Positions 37,990 through 48,935 of a stretch of DNA of 53,423 nt are shown one piece after another; position 1 is the first letter of the stretch, and each line of letters begins with the position of its first letter. The stretch is from contig JAIRXC010000011.1 of assembly GCA_031268515.1 (NCBI GenBank), forward strand, positions 1 to 53,423, in the 5' to 3' direction. Below the pieces are notes generated by a model. The model was not told the origin of the DNA. It searched no databases and saw only the letters and a program-made list of their open reading frames with translations. The stretch comes from Propionibacteriaceae bacterium. GTDB taxonomy: Bacteria; Actinomycetota; Actinomycetes; Propionibacteriales; Propionibacteriaceae. Position numbers and translations under genes: made by a program.

Positions 37990-38025
37990 CGCCTTTCCGT
38001 TAAGTCGGTTTGAGCCTGCGGCCGG

Positions 38026-39705
38026 TCAGCCGGCCGAGCTGGCTTGCCGGCGGCGGGCCTTCAGCCGGCGCATGACCTGATTGCCGCCGCGGCCGAAATA
38101 GTCGTGGAGTTCGCTGTAATCGGCGAACAGGCTTTGATAAGCCGCCGCCTCAGCCGGGAGGGGCCGCCAGCGGTCCGGTTCAACCCGGCCCATGGCGCTG
38201 GCGGCGGTCCTGACGTCAGGGTAGGCGCCGGCGGCGGCCGCCGCGTGGATGGCCGAGCCGAGGGCGGGGCCGTTGGCGGAGGCGGAAACCGAAATGGGCA
38301 GGTCTAAGACATCGGCGTAGATCTGCATCAGGACCGGGTTCTTGAGCAAACCGCCGGTGGCGGTGAAACGGTCGACCGGGACGCCGGCGTTGCGGAAAGC
38401 CTCCACGATCACGCGGGTCCCGAAGGCGGTCGCTTCGACCAGGGCCCGATAGCTGTCCTCGGGGCGGCTGGCCAGCGTCTGGCCGATGATCAAACCGCTC
38501 AACTGGTGGTCGACCAAGACCGACCGGTTGCCCGAATGCCAATCCAACGCCAACAGGCCGTGTTGTCCGACCGCCTGCTGGCCGGCCAGCTCGCTGAGAA
38601 GGGCATGGACGCTGACGCCTAGGCGGCCAGCCTCGGCGGCGTAGGCGGCCGGGACGCAGTTGTCGACAAACCAGCCGAGGATGTCGCCGACGCCGGACTG
38701 GCCGGCTTCGTAGCCCCAAAGCCCCGCCACGACGCCGCCATCGACGGCCCCGCACATGCCCGGGACGGCCCTCAGGTCGCGGCCGTTGACGATGTGACAA
38801 GTCGAGGTGCCCATGATGGCGACGAGCTGGCCCGGGTCAACCGACTGGCAGGCCGCCGCCGCCACGTGGGCGTCGACGTTGCCGACCGCCACGGCTGTGC
38901 CGGCCGCCAAGCCAGTCCAAGCGGCCGCCGCCGGGCGCAACCGGCCGGCCAAGCCGCCAAGAGGCGAGATCGGCCAGGCGATCTTGTCGGCGAAACCAGC
39001 CAGGCCGGGGTTGAGGGCGGCGGCGAAAGCCGGGCTGGGGTAGGCGCCGTCTTGATAGCAGCCTTTGTAGCCGGCCGTGCAGGCGTTGCGGCTGCGCTGC
39101 CCCGTCAACTGCCAAACAATCCAGTCGGCGGCTTCGACAAAGCAGTCGGCCGCCGCGTAGACGGCCGGGTCCTCCTCCAGCACTTGGAGGCCCTTGGCCC
39201 ACTCCCACTCCGAGGAGACGAGGCCGCCGTAGCGGGCCAGCCAAGATTCGCCCCGTTCCCGGGCCAAGGCGTTGAAACGGTCGGCTTGGCCTTGGGCGGC
39301 GTGATGTTTCCACAGTTTCGTCCAAGCGTGCGGCCGGGAAGCCCAAGCCGGCGTCTGGCTGAGCGGCAAACCGTCGGCTCGGCAGGGGATGAGCGTGCAA
39401 GCGGTGAAATCCGTGCCCAAACCGATGACGTCGGCCGGATCGACGCCGGCCTGGGCGAGAGCGGCCGGGACGGCGGTTTGAAGGACGGTGACATAGTCGG
39501 CCGGGTCCTGCAAGGCCCAGTCTGGCGGCAATTCAATTCCCGGGCCGGGCAGGCGGCGGTCGATCACGCCGCTGGCGTAGTCAGACGTCGCGGACCCCAA
39601 CTCAGCCCCGTCGCTGACCCGGACGACGACGGCACGGCCCGACAAGGTGCCAAAATCCACGCCGACGACGCAGCGGCGGTCAAACAGGGCAGACGGTTGA
39701 GTCAT
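38026..39705 (-). CDS. araB: Ribulokinase
   Basis: 559-aa FGGY-family kinase (VGVDFGTLSGR) of AraB length and in the AraB position. Confidence 0.92.
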   Translation of the reverse strand: MTQPSALFDRRCVVGVDFGTLSGRAVVVRVSDGAELGSATSDYASGVIDRRLPGPGIELPPDWALQDPADYVTVLQTAVPAALAQAGVDPADVIGLGTDFTACTLIPCRADGLPLSQTPAWASRPHAWTKLWKHHAAQGQADRFNALARERGESWLARYGGLVSSEWEWAKGLQVLEEDPAVYAAADCFVEAADWIVWQLTGQRSRNACTAGYKGCYQDGAYPSPAFAAALNPGLAGFADKIAWPISPLGGLAGRLRPAAAAWTGLAAGTAVAVGNVDAHVAAAACQSVDPGQLVAIMGTSTCHIVNGRDLRAVPGMCGAVDGGVVAGLWGYEAGQSGVGDILGWFVDNCVPAAYAAEAGRLGVSVHALLSELAGQQAVGQHGLLALDWHSGNRSVLVDHQLSGLIIGQTLASRPEDSYRALVEATAFGTRVIVEAFRNAGVPVDRFTATGGLLKNPVLMQIYADVLDLPISVSASANGPALGSAIHAAAAAGAYPDVRTAASAMGRVEPDRWRPLPAEAAAYQSLFADYSELHDYFGRGGNQVMRRLKARRRQASSAG

Positions 39706-39724
39706 GGGAGCCTCCGAGTGGCGC

Positions 39725-40924
39725 TTAGACGACGGTGCTGGCGCGACGCTTGTTGAAGAGGTCGAAGGCCACGGCCGCCAACAAGATGAGGCCCTTGACC
39801 ACTGGCTGCAAGCCTTGGGAAACGCCCATCAACTGCATGCCGTTGGAGATCACCGCCATGATGAGGCCGCCGATGACGGCCCCGCCGACGCGGCCGATGC
39901 CGCCGGTGGTGGAGGCCCCGCCGATGAAACAAGCGGCGATGGCGTCAAGCTCGAAGCTGGTGCCGGCGGCCGGTTGGGCGGCGTTCATGCGGGCCGAGTA
40001 GACGACGCCGGCCACCGAAGCCAACACACCCATGTTGACGAAAGCCCAGAAAGTCACCTGCTTGACCTTGACACCCGACAGCCGCGCGGCCGACAGGTTG
40101 CCGCCGATGGCGTAAATGTGGCGTCCGAAACCGGTCCGCTGCATGACCAAGGTGTAGGCCATGATGAGGATCGCCACCAAGATGAGGATGAAAGGCAAGC
40201 CGCGGTAGCAAGAAATCTGCCAGGCGAAGGCCATCGCCACGGCCGCCACGGCGACCAGTTTGCCGATGAACAAAGGCAGCGGCGAAACCTGCTGTTGGTA
40301 ACGGATCTGGCCGGCCCGGACCCGCCACTGCGAGAAGGCGTAGCCGACCACCGCGATGGCGAAGATGAGCAGAGTGAAAACATCGAAGCCGTTGCCGCCC
40401 AGCCAGCCGTTGAAGAAGCCGTTGGCGATGTTGTAATAGGTGCCGCCGAACGGGCTCAAGGAGATGTAGTTGAGCAGCAACTGAGCCAGGCCTCGGAAGA
40501 TCAACATACCGCCAAGCGAAACGATGAAGCCGGGTATGCCGACGACGGCGACCCAGAACCCTTGCCAGGCGCCGACGATCAGGCCGACGACCAAGGCGCA
40601 GATGACCGCCACCCACCAGGGCTGGCCGTAACGGATGGCGACGACTGCGGCCACCGCGCCGGTCAAGGCGATGACCGAGCCGACTGACAAGTCGATCTGG
40701 GCCAAGACGATGACCATCAACATGCCAATGGCCAAGATGAGAACGTAGGAATATTGCAAGACCAGGTTCGTCAGGTTCGACGGCGACAAGAAAACCGGTT
40801 TGATACAGGCCAGCGCCACGACGACGGCGGCGAAGGCCATCAAGATGCCATTCGTCCGGAGGTTGTCGAAGAAATAGCTGCTGAATGGCGCCGTGGCCGA
40901 GGCGCTTGGGCTCGTAAGGCTCAT
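39725..40924 (-). CDS. Monosaccharide ABC transporter permease (GguB-like), paralogue 2
   Basis: Multi-TM protein homologous to the permease at 25831-27108. ATGA overlap with the ATPase gene. Confidence 0.9.
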   Translation of the reverse strand: MSLTSPSASATAPFSSYFFDNLRTNGILMAFAAVVVALACIKPVFLSPSNLTNLVLQYSYVLILAIGMLMVIVLAQIDLSVGSVIALTGAVAAVVAIRYGQPWWVAVICALVVGLIVGAWQGFWVAVVGIPGFIVSLGGMLIFRGLAQLLLNYISLSPFGGTYYNIANGFFNGWLGGNGFDVFTLLIFAIAVVGYAFSQWRVRAGQIRYQQQVSPLPLFIGKLVAVAAVAMAFAWQISCYRGLPFILILVAILIMAYTLVMQRTGFGRHIYAIGGNLSAARLSGVKVKQVTFWAFVNMGVLASVAGVVYSARMNAAQPAAGTSFELDAIAACFIGGASTTGGIGRVGGAVIGGLIMAVISNGMQLMGVSQGLQPVVKGLILLAAVAFDLFNKRRASTVV

Positions 40925-42465
40925 TTGCGGATGTCCTTTTCCTGGGTCATGAGTTCCATGAGATTCTCCTGGGTGGCTTCGGCGACCGGCAACATGCCGG
41001 TGATACGGCCGAAGCTGAGCGTGTAGACACGGTCGCAGACGCCGAGGATCTCAGGAAGTTCAGAGGAGATGACGATGACCGCCTTGCCGTTCGCGACCAT
41101 CTCGTTGATGAGGGTGTAAATCTCGTATTTGGCGCCGACGTCGATGCCCCGGGTCGGCTCGTCCAAGATGAGGACGTCTGGGTCGGTGAACAACCACTTC
41201 GAGAGGACGACCTTTTGCTGGTTGCCGCCTGACAGCTTGCCGACGTTGGCTAGCACCGAGGGAGTCTTGATGCCGAGGGCCGAGCGGTAGTCTTCGGCCA
41301 CCTTGAGCTCTTCGTTGCCGTTGATCCAGCCGAAGGCCGTCATCAAGCGGCGCAGACCAGCCGAACAGATATTGCTGCGGATGTCGGTCAAAAGGTTGAG
41401 GCCGTAGCGTTTGCGGTCCTCCGAAACGTAGGCGATGCCGCTGTCGATGGCCTCTGACACCGAATTGATCTCGACCGGCTGACCGTGTTTGTAAAGCTGG
41501 CCTGTGATATCGCGGCCGTAGGACTTGCCGAAGACCGACATCGCCAGCTCGGTCCGCCCGGCTCCCATGAGGCCGGCCACGCCGACCACCTCGCCCGCCC
41601 GGACCGACAAACTGACATGGTCGACGACGAGGCGGCCCGACTGAGTCGGATGGCCGACGGTCCAATCTTCGATCCGCAACACCTCTGGCCCGATGGCCGG
41701 ACGGCGCGGTGGGTAGCGGTTGTCGAGGTCGCGGCCGACCATGTCCCGGATCAGGCGGTCCTGAGTGGCGTCCGGCTGGCGCATGTCGATTGTCTCGATG
41801 GTGCGGCCGTCGCGGATGACCGTCGTGGTGTCCGCGATCTCCATGATCTCGCCCAACTTGTGGGAAATCATGATGCAAGTGATGCCCTGCTCCCGCAACT
41901 GCCGCATGAGAGCCAGCAAATGCTCCGAGTCATTGTCGTTGAGGGCGGCCGTCGGCTCGTCCAAAATCAACAACTTAACCTCTTTGGACAGGGCCTTGGC
42001 GATCTCGACCAGCTGCTGCTTGCCGACGCCTAATTGGTTGATCTGGGTCGTCGGGTTCTCGTCCAAGCCGACCCGTTCCATCAAGTTGGCGGCCTCGGCG
42101 TTGGCCCGGTTCCAATCGATGAGCCCGAACGGGCCTTTGCGTTCGTTGCCCAAGAAGATGTTCTCGGCGATGGACAGATACGGGCTCAAGGCGAGCTCTT
42201 GGTGGATGATGACGATGCCCACCCGCTCGGAATCATTGATCGAGTGGAAGCGGGCGTTTTGACCGGCGTAGACGATCTCGCCCTCGTAGGAACCATGAGG
42301 GTGGACGCCCGACAAGACCTGCATGAGGGTTGACTTGCCGGCCCCGTTCTCGCCGCAGATGGCGTGGATCTCGCCACCTTGGACCGTCAAGGTGACATCT
42401 TGGAGGGCGATGACGCCGGGAAAGCGCTTCGTGATCGAGCGCATCTCAAGAATGTTGTTTGCCAT
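40921..42465 (-). CDS. Monosaccharide ABC transporter ATP-binding protein (GguA-like), paralogue 2
   Basis: [21 protein letters not shown], duplicated NBDs, strong similarity to the ATPase at 27105-28658. Confidence 0.93.
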   Translation of the reverse strand: MANNILEMRSITKRFPGVIALQDVTLTVQGGEIHAICGENGAGKSTLMQVLSGVHPHGSYEGEIVYAGQNARFHSINDSERVGIVIIHQELALSPYLSIAENIFLGNERKGPFGLIDWNRANAEAANLMERVGLDENPTTQINQLGVGKQQLVEIAKALSKEVKLLILDEPTAALNDNDSEHLLALMRQLREQGITCIMISHKLGEIMEIADTTTVIRDGRTIETIDMRQPDATQDRLIRDMVGRDLDNRYPPRRPAIGPEVLRIEDWTVGHPTQSGRLVVDHVSLSVRAGEVVGVAGLMGAGRTELAMSVFGKSYGRDITGQLYKHGQPVEINSVSEAIDSGIAYVSEDRKRYGLNLLTDIRSNICSAGLRRLMTAFGWINGNEELKVAEDYRSALGIKTPSVLANVGKLSGGNQQKVVLSKWLFTDPDVLILDEPTRGIDVGAKYEIYTLINEMVANGKAVIVISSELPEILGVCDRVYTLSFGRITGMLPVAEATQENLMELMTQEKDIRK

Positions 42466-42527
42466 AGAGGCTGACTCTTTCGCACGTCTCGGGTGAACAC
42501 AGCTCAGGTGAAACGGGTGGGGCGGTC

Positions 42528-42562
42528 CGCCGGCCGGCCGCGGTAGACCCGGCCGGCCGGCG
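42528..42562 (-). other. Intercistronic GC stem-loop between the SBP and ATPase genes
   Basis: Perfect 12-bp stem CGCCGGCCGGCC/GGCCGGCCGGCG. This is the usual position for mRNA-stabilising hairpins downstream of highly expressed binding-protein genes. Confidence 0.6.
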
Positions 42563-42573
42563 GCGCCGACAGC

Positions 42574-43725
42574 TCAGGAACCGGATTCGACCTGGGCGCT
42601 GGTGTAATAGCCGGAGTCGATCAGCAGTGGCTTGATGTCGTCCTTGTTGACCGTGTCGACCTCCAGCAGGTAGGAGGGGACAACCTTGATGCCGTTGTCG
42701 TAGGTCGTGGTGTCGTTGGCGGTCGGCTGCTTGTCCTCAAGGTACGAGGTGGCGGCGACGACAGCCTGGTCAGCCAGCTTGCGGGTGTCCTTGAAGATGG
42801 TCGACCACTGGATGTCCTCGTTGATCAGCTTGACCGACGCCAACTCGGCGTCCTGGCCGGTCACGATGGGCAAGCCCTGTGGCCAAGAGGGGCCGAGGCC
42901 GACGCCTTGGAGGGCCGTGATGATGCCGCGGCTGATGCCGTCGAAGGGCGACAGGACGCCCGCCAAACCATCGCCGTTGCCGCCGTAGGTCGAGGTCAGG
43001 AGGTTCTCCATGCGCTGCTGGGCGACTTCCTGGCTCCACCGCATGATGGCGACCTGGGCGAAGTCGGTCTGACCGGACTTGACGACCAAAACACCACTTT
43101 CGATATAGGGCTTGAGGGTGTCCATGGCCCCGTTGAAGAAGAATGTCGCATTGTTGTCATCGGCGGACCCGGCGAAGAGTTCGATGTTGAGAGGCCCAGC
43201 CGGGGCGTCAGCGGCCGGCTGGCCGGCCTTGTCGGTCAAGCCGAGGCCGTAGAGCAAGCTGGTCGCCTGGGCGACGCCGACTTTATAGTTGTCGAAGGTG
43301 ACATAGAAGTCGACGTTGGGGCTGTCTCGGATCAGACGGTCGTAGGAAACGACCTTGATGCCGGCGGCAGCCGCCGCTTCCAATTGGCTGGTCAAAGCGG
43401 TGCCGTCGATGGCGGCGATGACGAGGAGTTTCTCGCCCTGGGTGATCATCTGGTCGATCTGTTGGGTCTGGGTTGGGATGTCGTCGTTGGCGTATTGAAG
43501 GTCGACTTTGTAGCCGAGCTTCTCCAGGCCCTCTTTGACCGCGTTGCCGTCCGCGATCCAACGTTCAGAGGTTTGCGTCGGCATGGCGACGCCGATAGTG
43601 ACATCGCCGGCGGCTTGGCTGTCGTCAGACGAGCCGGCGGCCGGGCCGGCCCCTTCGCCGCCGCAGGCCGCGAGGGAGAAAGCCAAGGCGGCCGACGCCG
43701 CGACGGCCAGGAGTTTCTTCTGCAT
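42574..43725 (-). CDS. ChvE-type monosaccharide ABC substrate-binding lipoprotein, paralogue 2; first gene of the araBDA operon
   Basis: Lipobox LAAC-GG and IGVAMPTQTSERWIADG. Confidence 0.9.
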   Translation of the reverse strand: MQKKLLAVAASAALAFSLAACGGEGAGPAAGSSDDSQAAGDVTIGVAMPTQTSERWIADGNAVKEGLEKLGYKVDLQYANDDIPTQTQQIDQMITQGEKLLVIAAIDGTALTSQLEAAAAAGIKVVSYDRLIRDSPNVDFYVTFDNYKVGVAQATSLLYGLGLTDKAGQPAADAPAGPLNIELFAGSADDNNATFFFNGAMDTLKPYIESGVLVVKSGQTDFAQVAIMRWSQEVAQQRMENLLTSTYGGNGDGLAGVLSPFDGISRGIITALQGVGLGPSWPQGLPIVTGQDAELASVKLINEDIQWSTIFKDTRKLADQAVVAATSYLEDKQPTANDTTTYDNGIKVVPSYLLEVDTVNKDDIKPLLIDSGYYTSAQVESGS

Positions 43726-43854
43726 GGGGGCTGTGGTCCTTTCTAGAGCGGACTGTCAGGTGTGGCCCCGGGGAGCCAGGGAGTAGCAAGGGCGCCGCAG
43801 TCATTGCGACGCGTGGTGTCTCGGGCCGGACGGGGTCCGGAACCGCTGGGGTTG

Positions 43855-43870
43855 ATGTTAGCGCTCACAT
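43855..43870. promoter_or_regulatory. LacI/AraR-type palindromic operator ATGTTAGCGCTCACAT
   Basis: Near-perfect 16-bp palindrome 130 nt upstream of SBP2. The same motif occurs upstream of the ytfQ-like gene. Confidence 0.65.
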
Positions 43871-44115
43871 ACGGGGCCGGCAAGGACCGCAGGTAACGAT
43901 TTGGTCACGCCGGCGCGCCCTCACAGCGCAAGCCCCCGCCTTGCCCCTTGGGCCCGGCCGCTGCCTCCTCCGGAGCCGGCCGCCTGGGCGCCGTCCCGGA
44001 ATTCCCCTCTCTCCAACAAGGCTCCGGACCCCGGCCGCTTGGGCGCCTTTTGCGCGACCCCGCCGCGCGGCTTCTCGCGTTGCTCCGAATCCGGCCGCCT
44101 GGGCGTCTGGGCGCC

Positions 44116-45156
44116 TTATTCCCGTCTACGCCGCACGTAGGCAAAAACGCTCTGGAGGATGATGAAGAAGCTCATGATGACGGCCAGCACGATGTTGGAC
44201 CAGCCGTTGGCGAGCGTCCCGTTGAAGTTGATGAACTTGACAATCGTCGTCTGGACCAAAACGCCGAAGAAGGAACCGATGACGTTGCCGACGCCGCCGG
44301 TCAAGAGCGCCCCGCCGATGACGGCCGAGGCGATCGCCTGCATCTCGAAACCTTGCGCCTTCTCGACCGCGCCGCCGGTGGAGAAAAGGCAAAAAAGGAA
44401 ACCGCCGAAAGCCGTCAGAAAGCCATTGAAGGTGTAGACGGCGAGCTTCGTCCGCTTGGTGTCGACCCCCATGAGCCGGGCTGACTGCTCGCCGCCGCCG
44501 ACCGCGTAGACATTGCGCCCAAACCGGGTCCACGTCATGACGGCGTAGACGGCCAGCAAACCGACAAGCGCCAGCACCACCGACAGGTAGACGAACGGCG
44601 TCTGATAAACCCCGGCCGCGTTGACATAACCGCCGAAGGGGACCTGGATGCGTCTCAAAGCCAGCGCCATGAAATCGGCGTTCGTGATGTCGATCGTCTG
44701 GGGCGAGATCATCGCCGTCATGCCGCGGGCGAAAAACATCCCGGCGAGCGTGACGATGAACGGCTGGATGTTCAAATAGGCCACCAGCGCCCCCTGGACA
44801 AGCCCGAAAACCACGCCCGTCACGAGCACGATGAGGATCATGGCGTAGGCGTTGGCCTGGCGGTTCTCCATGAAATAAGCGAACATCATGCAATACATCG
44901 CGACCTGGGAGCCGACAGAGATGTCGATGCCGCCGGAGATGAGCACCATCGTCATGCCCGCGGCGATGATGATGAGGCCGGGGTTGGAGTTCAGCATGTC
45001 GAAGAAAGAGTTAAGGCTGCCGAAGTTCTTATCCCGGTAGATGAAGACGCCCGCCACGTAGATGGCGATGAAGAGGACCACGGTGATGAGCACCAGGAAG
45101 TTGTTGCCGTAGAAGTTGGCTTTGAGGCCCTGCCAGGGCTTTGACGCGCGCATCAT
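44116..45156 (-). CDS. Sugar ABC permease (YjfF-like)
   Basis: 346-aa multi-TM permease of the ribose/galactofuranose family. ATGA overlap with the upstream permease gene. Confidence 0.88.
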   Translation of the reverse strand: MMRASKPWQGLKANFYGNNFLVLITVVLFIAIYVAGVFIYRDKNFGSLNSFFDMLNSNPGLIIIAAGMTMVLISGGIDISVGSQVAMYCMMFAYFMENRQANAYAMILIVLVTGVVFGLVQGALVAYLNIQPFIVTLAGMFFARGMTAMISPQTIDITNADFMALALRRIQVPFGGYVNAAGVYQTPFVYLSVVLALVGLLAVYAVMTWTRFGRNVYAVGGGEQSARLMGVDTKRTKLAVYTFNGFLTAFGGFLFCLFSTGGAVEKAQGFEMQAIASAVIGGALLTGGVGNVIGSFFGVLVQTTIVKFINFNGTLANGWSNIVLAVIMSFFIILQSVFAYVRRRRE

Positions 45157-46271
45157 GCCGGCCCACCGGCCCTCTTCGCGCTCAAGGCGAGCCGTCGGAA
45201 CACCCCGCCCGCCCGTTGGAGCAAGGGTTTGAGATCCGGCGACTGCAAGACCACGATGACGATCACGGCGATCGCCTTGAACAAAGGCAACTGGTCGGCC
45301 GAGACGTTGATCGAATAGAGCACGGTCGTCAACGCCTGGATCGTGACAGCGCCAATGACCGATCCGGACAGCGAGAATTTCCCGCCCGCCAGGGAATTGC
45401 CGCCCAGCGCGACGGCGAGGATGGCGTCCAATTCGAGCATCTTGCCGCAGTTATTGGCGTCGATGCCGCCGATCCGGCTCGTCGCGATGATCCCAGCGAT
45501 AGCCGCGCAGGCGCCGCAGAAAATGTAGGCCACGAGCACGATCCGATTCGACCTCAAACCCACGAGACGGCTGGCCTTGTTGTTGATTCCGACCGCCTGG
45601 ATGTTCATGCCCAGCGCCGTTCGGCGCAGCACCACGGCCGTCACCGCCACGACGGCCGCCGCGATGAAAATAGCCGTCGGAATGGGCATGAGATTGTGCC
45701 CGTCGGCGTCTTGGATGAAATTGCCAAGCCATTTGTAGGAAGCCACGTCGACCTTGTCGATCTGCCCGTCGGCGACGACTTTGGCGATGCCGCGCCCGCC
45801 CGTGTAAAGGACAAGAGTGGCGACCATCGGCTGGATCTTGAGCTTGGAGACGAGGAAGCCGTTCCACGCCCCGCAGAGCGCGCCGACAGCGACCGCGGCC
45901 AGCAGCCCGACCGCGTAGGGCACGACGTAGCTCTCGACGTGGTAGCCGTTGTCTTTCAGCTCGCCGAACCCGAGCAGCCAGATGCTGACAGCCCCGGACA
46001 GCGCCATGACGGCGCCGACGGAGATGTCCGTGCCAGCCGAACACGACACGACGATGGTCATGCCGACAGCGAGGATGACGAGTTCCGACGAACGGTTGAG
46101 GATCGTCACCAACGGCCCATTGAGCGCCCCGTTCGTCAAGCTGATCTGGAAGAACGGGCCCGGCGAGCCGGTCGTGGCGACCGTCACGACGACATTCAGC
46201 AACAGCACGAGAAGGAGGCAGACGAGCGGGAAAAACAAACGGTGGCGCGTGAGCGCCCTAAGCCTCGTCAT
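45153..46271 (-). CDS. Sugar ABC permease (YtfT-like)
   Basis: Multi-TM protein. The start at MTRLRALTRHRLFFPL overlaps the ATPase stop by 14 nt. Confidence 0.85.
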   Translation of the reverse strand: MTRLRALTRHRLFFPLVCLLLVLLLNVVVTVATTGSPGPFFQISLTNGALNGPLVTILNRSSELVILAVGMTIVVSCSAGTDISVGAVMALSGAVSIWLLGFGELKDNGYHVESYVVPYAVGLLAAVAVGALCGAWNGFLVSKLKIQPMVATLVLYTGGRGIAKVVADGQIDKVDVASYKWLGNFIQDADGHNLMPIPTAIFIAAAVVAVTAVVLRRTALGMNIQAVGINNKASRLVGLRSNRIVLVAYIFCGACAAIAGIIATSRIGGIDANNCGKMLELDAILAVALGGNSLAGGKFSLSGSVIGAVTIQALTTVLYSINVSADQLPLFKAIAVIVIVVLQSPDLKPLLQRAGGVFRRLALSAKRAGGPA

Positions 46272-47775
46272 GGCGGCCTCCCGCGATCTGGGCCATGACC
46301 GCCGACGAGGACAGCTCATCGCCGGACAGTTCCCCCACCTTGGCCAAATCACGCATGACGCCGATACGGCCGCAGGTGCGCAGCATCTCGTCAATCTCCG
46401 AGGAGATGAAAAGCACGCTCATCCCCGCGGCGGCCAACTGGACGCAGAGCTTTTGGATTTCGGTCTTGGTCCCGATGTCGATGCCGCGGGTGGGCTCGTC
46501 GAGGATCAGGAAATCAGGCTGGGTCGCGAGCCAGCGGGCGAGTATGACCTTCTGCTGATTCCCGCCGGACAATTGCTTGATGGGAGTCTCCAGGCTGGCT
46601 GTTTTGATCTGCAGCAGATCGGCGTATTTGCCCGCGATCGCTTCCTGCTCGTCGCGGGGGATGAGACGGAAGGCGCCGCGCTTGGTCTGTTCGGCCAGCA
46701 CGATGTTCTCGCGCACCGTCAGCTCGGCCACGCAACCTTCGTCCTTGCGGCTCTCCGGGCAAAACGCCAAACCCGCCTTGAGAGAGTCCCGCGGCGAGCA
46801 GGCGATGGGCTTCCCCTTGACGGCGAGCGTGCCCGTGTCGTGGCTGTCGGCGCCGTAGACAGCCCTTGCCACCTCCGTGCGGCCGCTGCCAAGCAGGCCG
46901 GCCAAGCCGTAGACCTCACCGGGGTAGATGTTGAGGTCGAACGGTTTGACCCCGCCGTGGACGCCCAGCCCGCGCGCGGACACCGTCGGCACAGTTGTAG
47001 CGGTTGGCGCCGCGCCGGCCACCCGGATCTCAGCCAGGTCGTCAAAGGCCCGGCCGAGCATGGCGGCGACGAGATCTTTGCGGGGCAGCGTCTCGATGGC
47101 GTACTCCCCCGCCAAACGACCATTGCGGAGGACGGTGATGCGGTCGCAGACCTCGTAGACCTGCTCCAAGAAATGGGTGATGAAGACGATCCCCAAGCCT
47201 TGCCCCTTGAGGCGGCGGACAAGCTCGAAGAGGGTCCGCACTTCGGACTCGTTGAGCGAGGAGGTCGGCTCGTCGAGAATCAGGACCTGGGCGGCCATGT
47301 CGATGGCCCGGCCGATGGCGACCATTTGCTGCACGGCGATGGAATAACTCTCAAGCGGCTTCTCGACGTCGATGCCGACCCCGATGTCCGCCATGATGGA
47401 CCGGGCCCGCCGGCGGATCTCCCCCCACCGCACGAAGGCGAGCCGGCGAGGCTGCCGCCCGACGAAAAGATTCTCCGCCACCGACAGGTTGGGGCAGAGG
47501 TTGACTTCCTGGTAGACGGTCGAGATGCCCCGGGTTTGAGCCTCCTGCGGCGAGTGGTTGACAATTGGAGTGTCGGAGCCGCCCAGAAAAATCTTGCCCT
47601 CTTCGAACGCTTCCGCGCCCGTCAGCACCTTGACCAAGGTGGACTTGCCCGCGCCGTTTTCGCCCATGAGCGCGTGGACCTCGCCCGGTTGGAGGGTGAA
47701 GTCCACGCCGTCGAGCGCGATGACGCCTGGGAAACGCTTGGTGATGCCGCGCATGCGGATCAGGGGATCAGGCAT
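46258..47775 (-). CDS. Sugar ABC ATP-binding protein, duplicated NBDs (YtfR-like)
   Basis: GENGAGKST and LSGGNQQK. The ATG at 47775 is preceded by AAGGAAGG. Confidence 0.9.
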   Translation of the reverse strand: MPDPLIRMRGITKRFPGVIALDGVDFTLQPGEVHALMGENGAGKSTLVKVLTGAEAFEEGKIFLGGSDTPIVNHSPQEAQTRGISTVYQEVNLCPNLSVAENLFVGRQPRRLAFVRWGEIRRRARSIMADIGVGIDVEKPLESYSIAVQQMVAIGRAIDMAAQVLILDEPTSSLNESEVRTLFELVRRLKGQGLGIVFITHFLEQVYEVCDRITVLRNGRLAGEYAIETLPRKDLVAAMLGRAFDDLAEIRVAGAAPTATTVPTVSARGLGVHGGVKPFDLNIYPGEVYGLAGLLGSGRTEVARAVYGADSHDTGTLAVKGKPIACSPRDSLKAGLAFCPESRKDEGCVAELTVRENIVLAEQTKRGAFRLIPRDEQEAIAGKYADLLQIKTASLETPIKQLSGGNQQKVILARWLATQPDFLILDEPTRGIDIGTKTEIQKLCVQLAAAGMSVLFISSEIDEMLRTCGRIGVMRDLAKVGELSGDELSSSAVMAQIAGGRHDEA

Positions 47776-47879
47776 GGGGTCCTTCCTTGTCAAGCGCCGC
47801 CGCGCCGCCGACACCTAGATGGCGGCCGCCGCTTCTTCGCGACGGCGCCATCTAGGTGTGAGAGTCAACGCTTAGACAA

Positions 47880-48935
47880 TCACGAGCCGAAGGCGGTCTT
47901 GACCTTTTCGGCGGCGTTCGTCGAATCGATGTAGCTCTCGTTGGAGTACGTGATCTTCGCGATCTGTTCGCCGGCTTCGGCCTTCTTGATGAGGTCGCCG
48001 ACCTGCGGGCCGAGCAGCGGGTCGCACTCGGCGATGACGTCGATAAGCCCGTCAACGACCATCTGCACGGCCGACTTATTGCCGTCGAACGAGATGATGA
48101 TGTATTCCTTCGGGTCCTTCCCGGCGGCTCTCAGCGCGTCGATGGCGCCGTAGGTCATGTCGTCGTTTTCGGAGTAGATGACGTTGAAATCCTTGCCCTG
48201 CTGGAGGAACGACTCCGTCACTTCCTGGCCCTTGGCTTGGGTGAACTCGCCGGTCTGCTGGAAGACGATGTTCCAGTCGTTGGCCGGCGCCGCGTCGTCG
48301 AGGGCCTTCGTGCGGCCCTTCTGGGCCGTCGAGCCGATGGTGCCTTGGAGGTGGAGGATGTTGATCGGATCAGTCACGTTGTTGGCAGTGATGTAATCTT
48401 GGAGCCACTTGACAGCTGTCTTGCCTTCTTCTTCCATGTTGCCGCCGAAGTAGGTCAGGTAGAGGTCGTCGGAGACCGACAACTGCCGGTCGGAGACGAT
48501 CAGCGGGATGCCGGCGTCCTTGGCCTCCTGCAGCACGGGCTCCCAGCCGGAGTCGGTCACGGGCGCCAGGTCGATCACCTCGACGCCCTGCGCGATGAGG
48601 TCGCGGACGTCTTGCTTCTGCTTGTCGGCATCCTGATTGGCGTCGAGGAAGACGAGTTTAAAACCATTGGCTTCGACGAAATAGTCTTTGTAGCTTTGCG
48701 TGTTGGCGGTGCGCCAGCCGGACTCGGCGCCGACCTGCGCGAAACCGAGCGTGATGAAGCCGTCGCCGTTGGTGTCCTTCGGCACGAGCGAGTAGCCGGA
48801 GGCAGCGCCCGCGGCGGTAGGTGAAGCGTCGGACGAGGAGTCGTCGGCCGGAGGGGGCGTGTTTGTGCCACCGCAGGCTGTGAGCGAGAAGGCCAGGGCG
48901 GCCAATGCCGCGGTGGCCAGGAATTTCTTCTTCAT
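47880..48935 (-). CDS. Sugar ABC substrate-binding lipoprotein (YtfQ-like, galactofuranose/arabinose type)
   Basis: Lipobox LTAC-GG and a periplasmic-binding-protein type I fold signature. Confidence 0.88.
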   Translation of the reverse strand: MKKKFLATAALAALAFSLTACGGTNTPPPADDSSSDASPTAAGAASGYSLVPKDTNGDGFITLGFAQVGAESGWRTANTQSYKDYFVEANGFKLVFLDANQDADKQKQDVRDLIAQGVEVIDLAPVTDSGWEPVLQEAKDAGIPLIVSDRQLSVSDDLYLTYFGGNMEEEGKTAVKWLQDYITANNVTDPINILHLQGTIGSTAQKGRTKALDDAAPANDWNIVFQQTGEFTQAKGQEVTESFLQQGKDFNVIYSENDDMTYGAIDALRAAGKDPKEYIIISFDGNKSAVQMVVDGLIDVIAECDPLLGPQVGDLIKKAEAGEQIAKITYSNESYIDSTNAAEKVKTAFGS

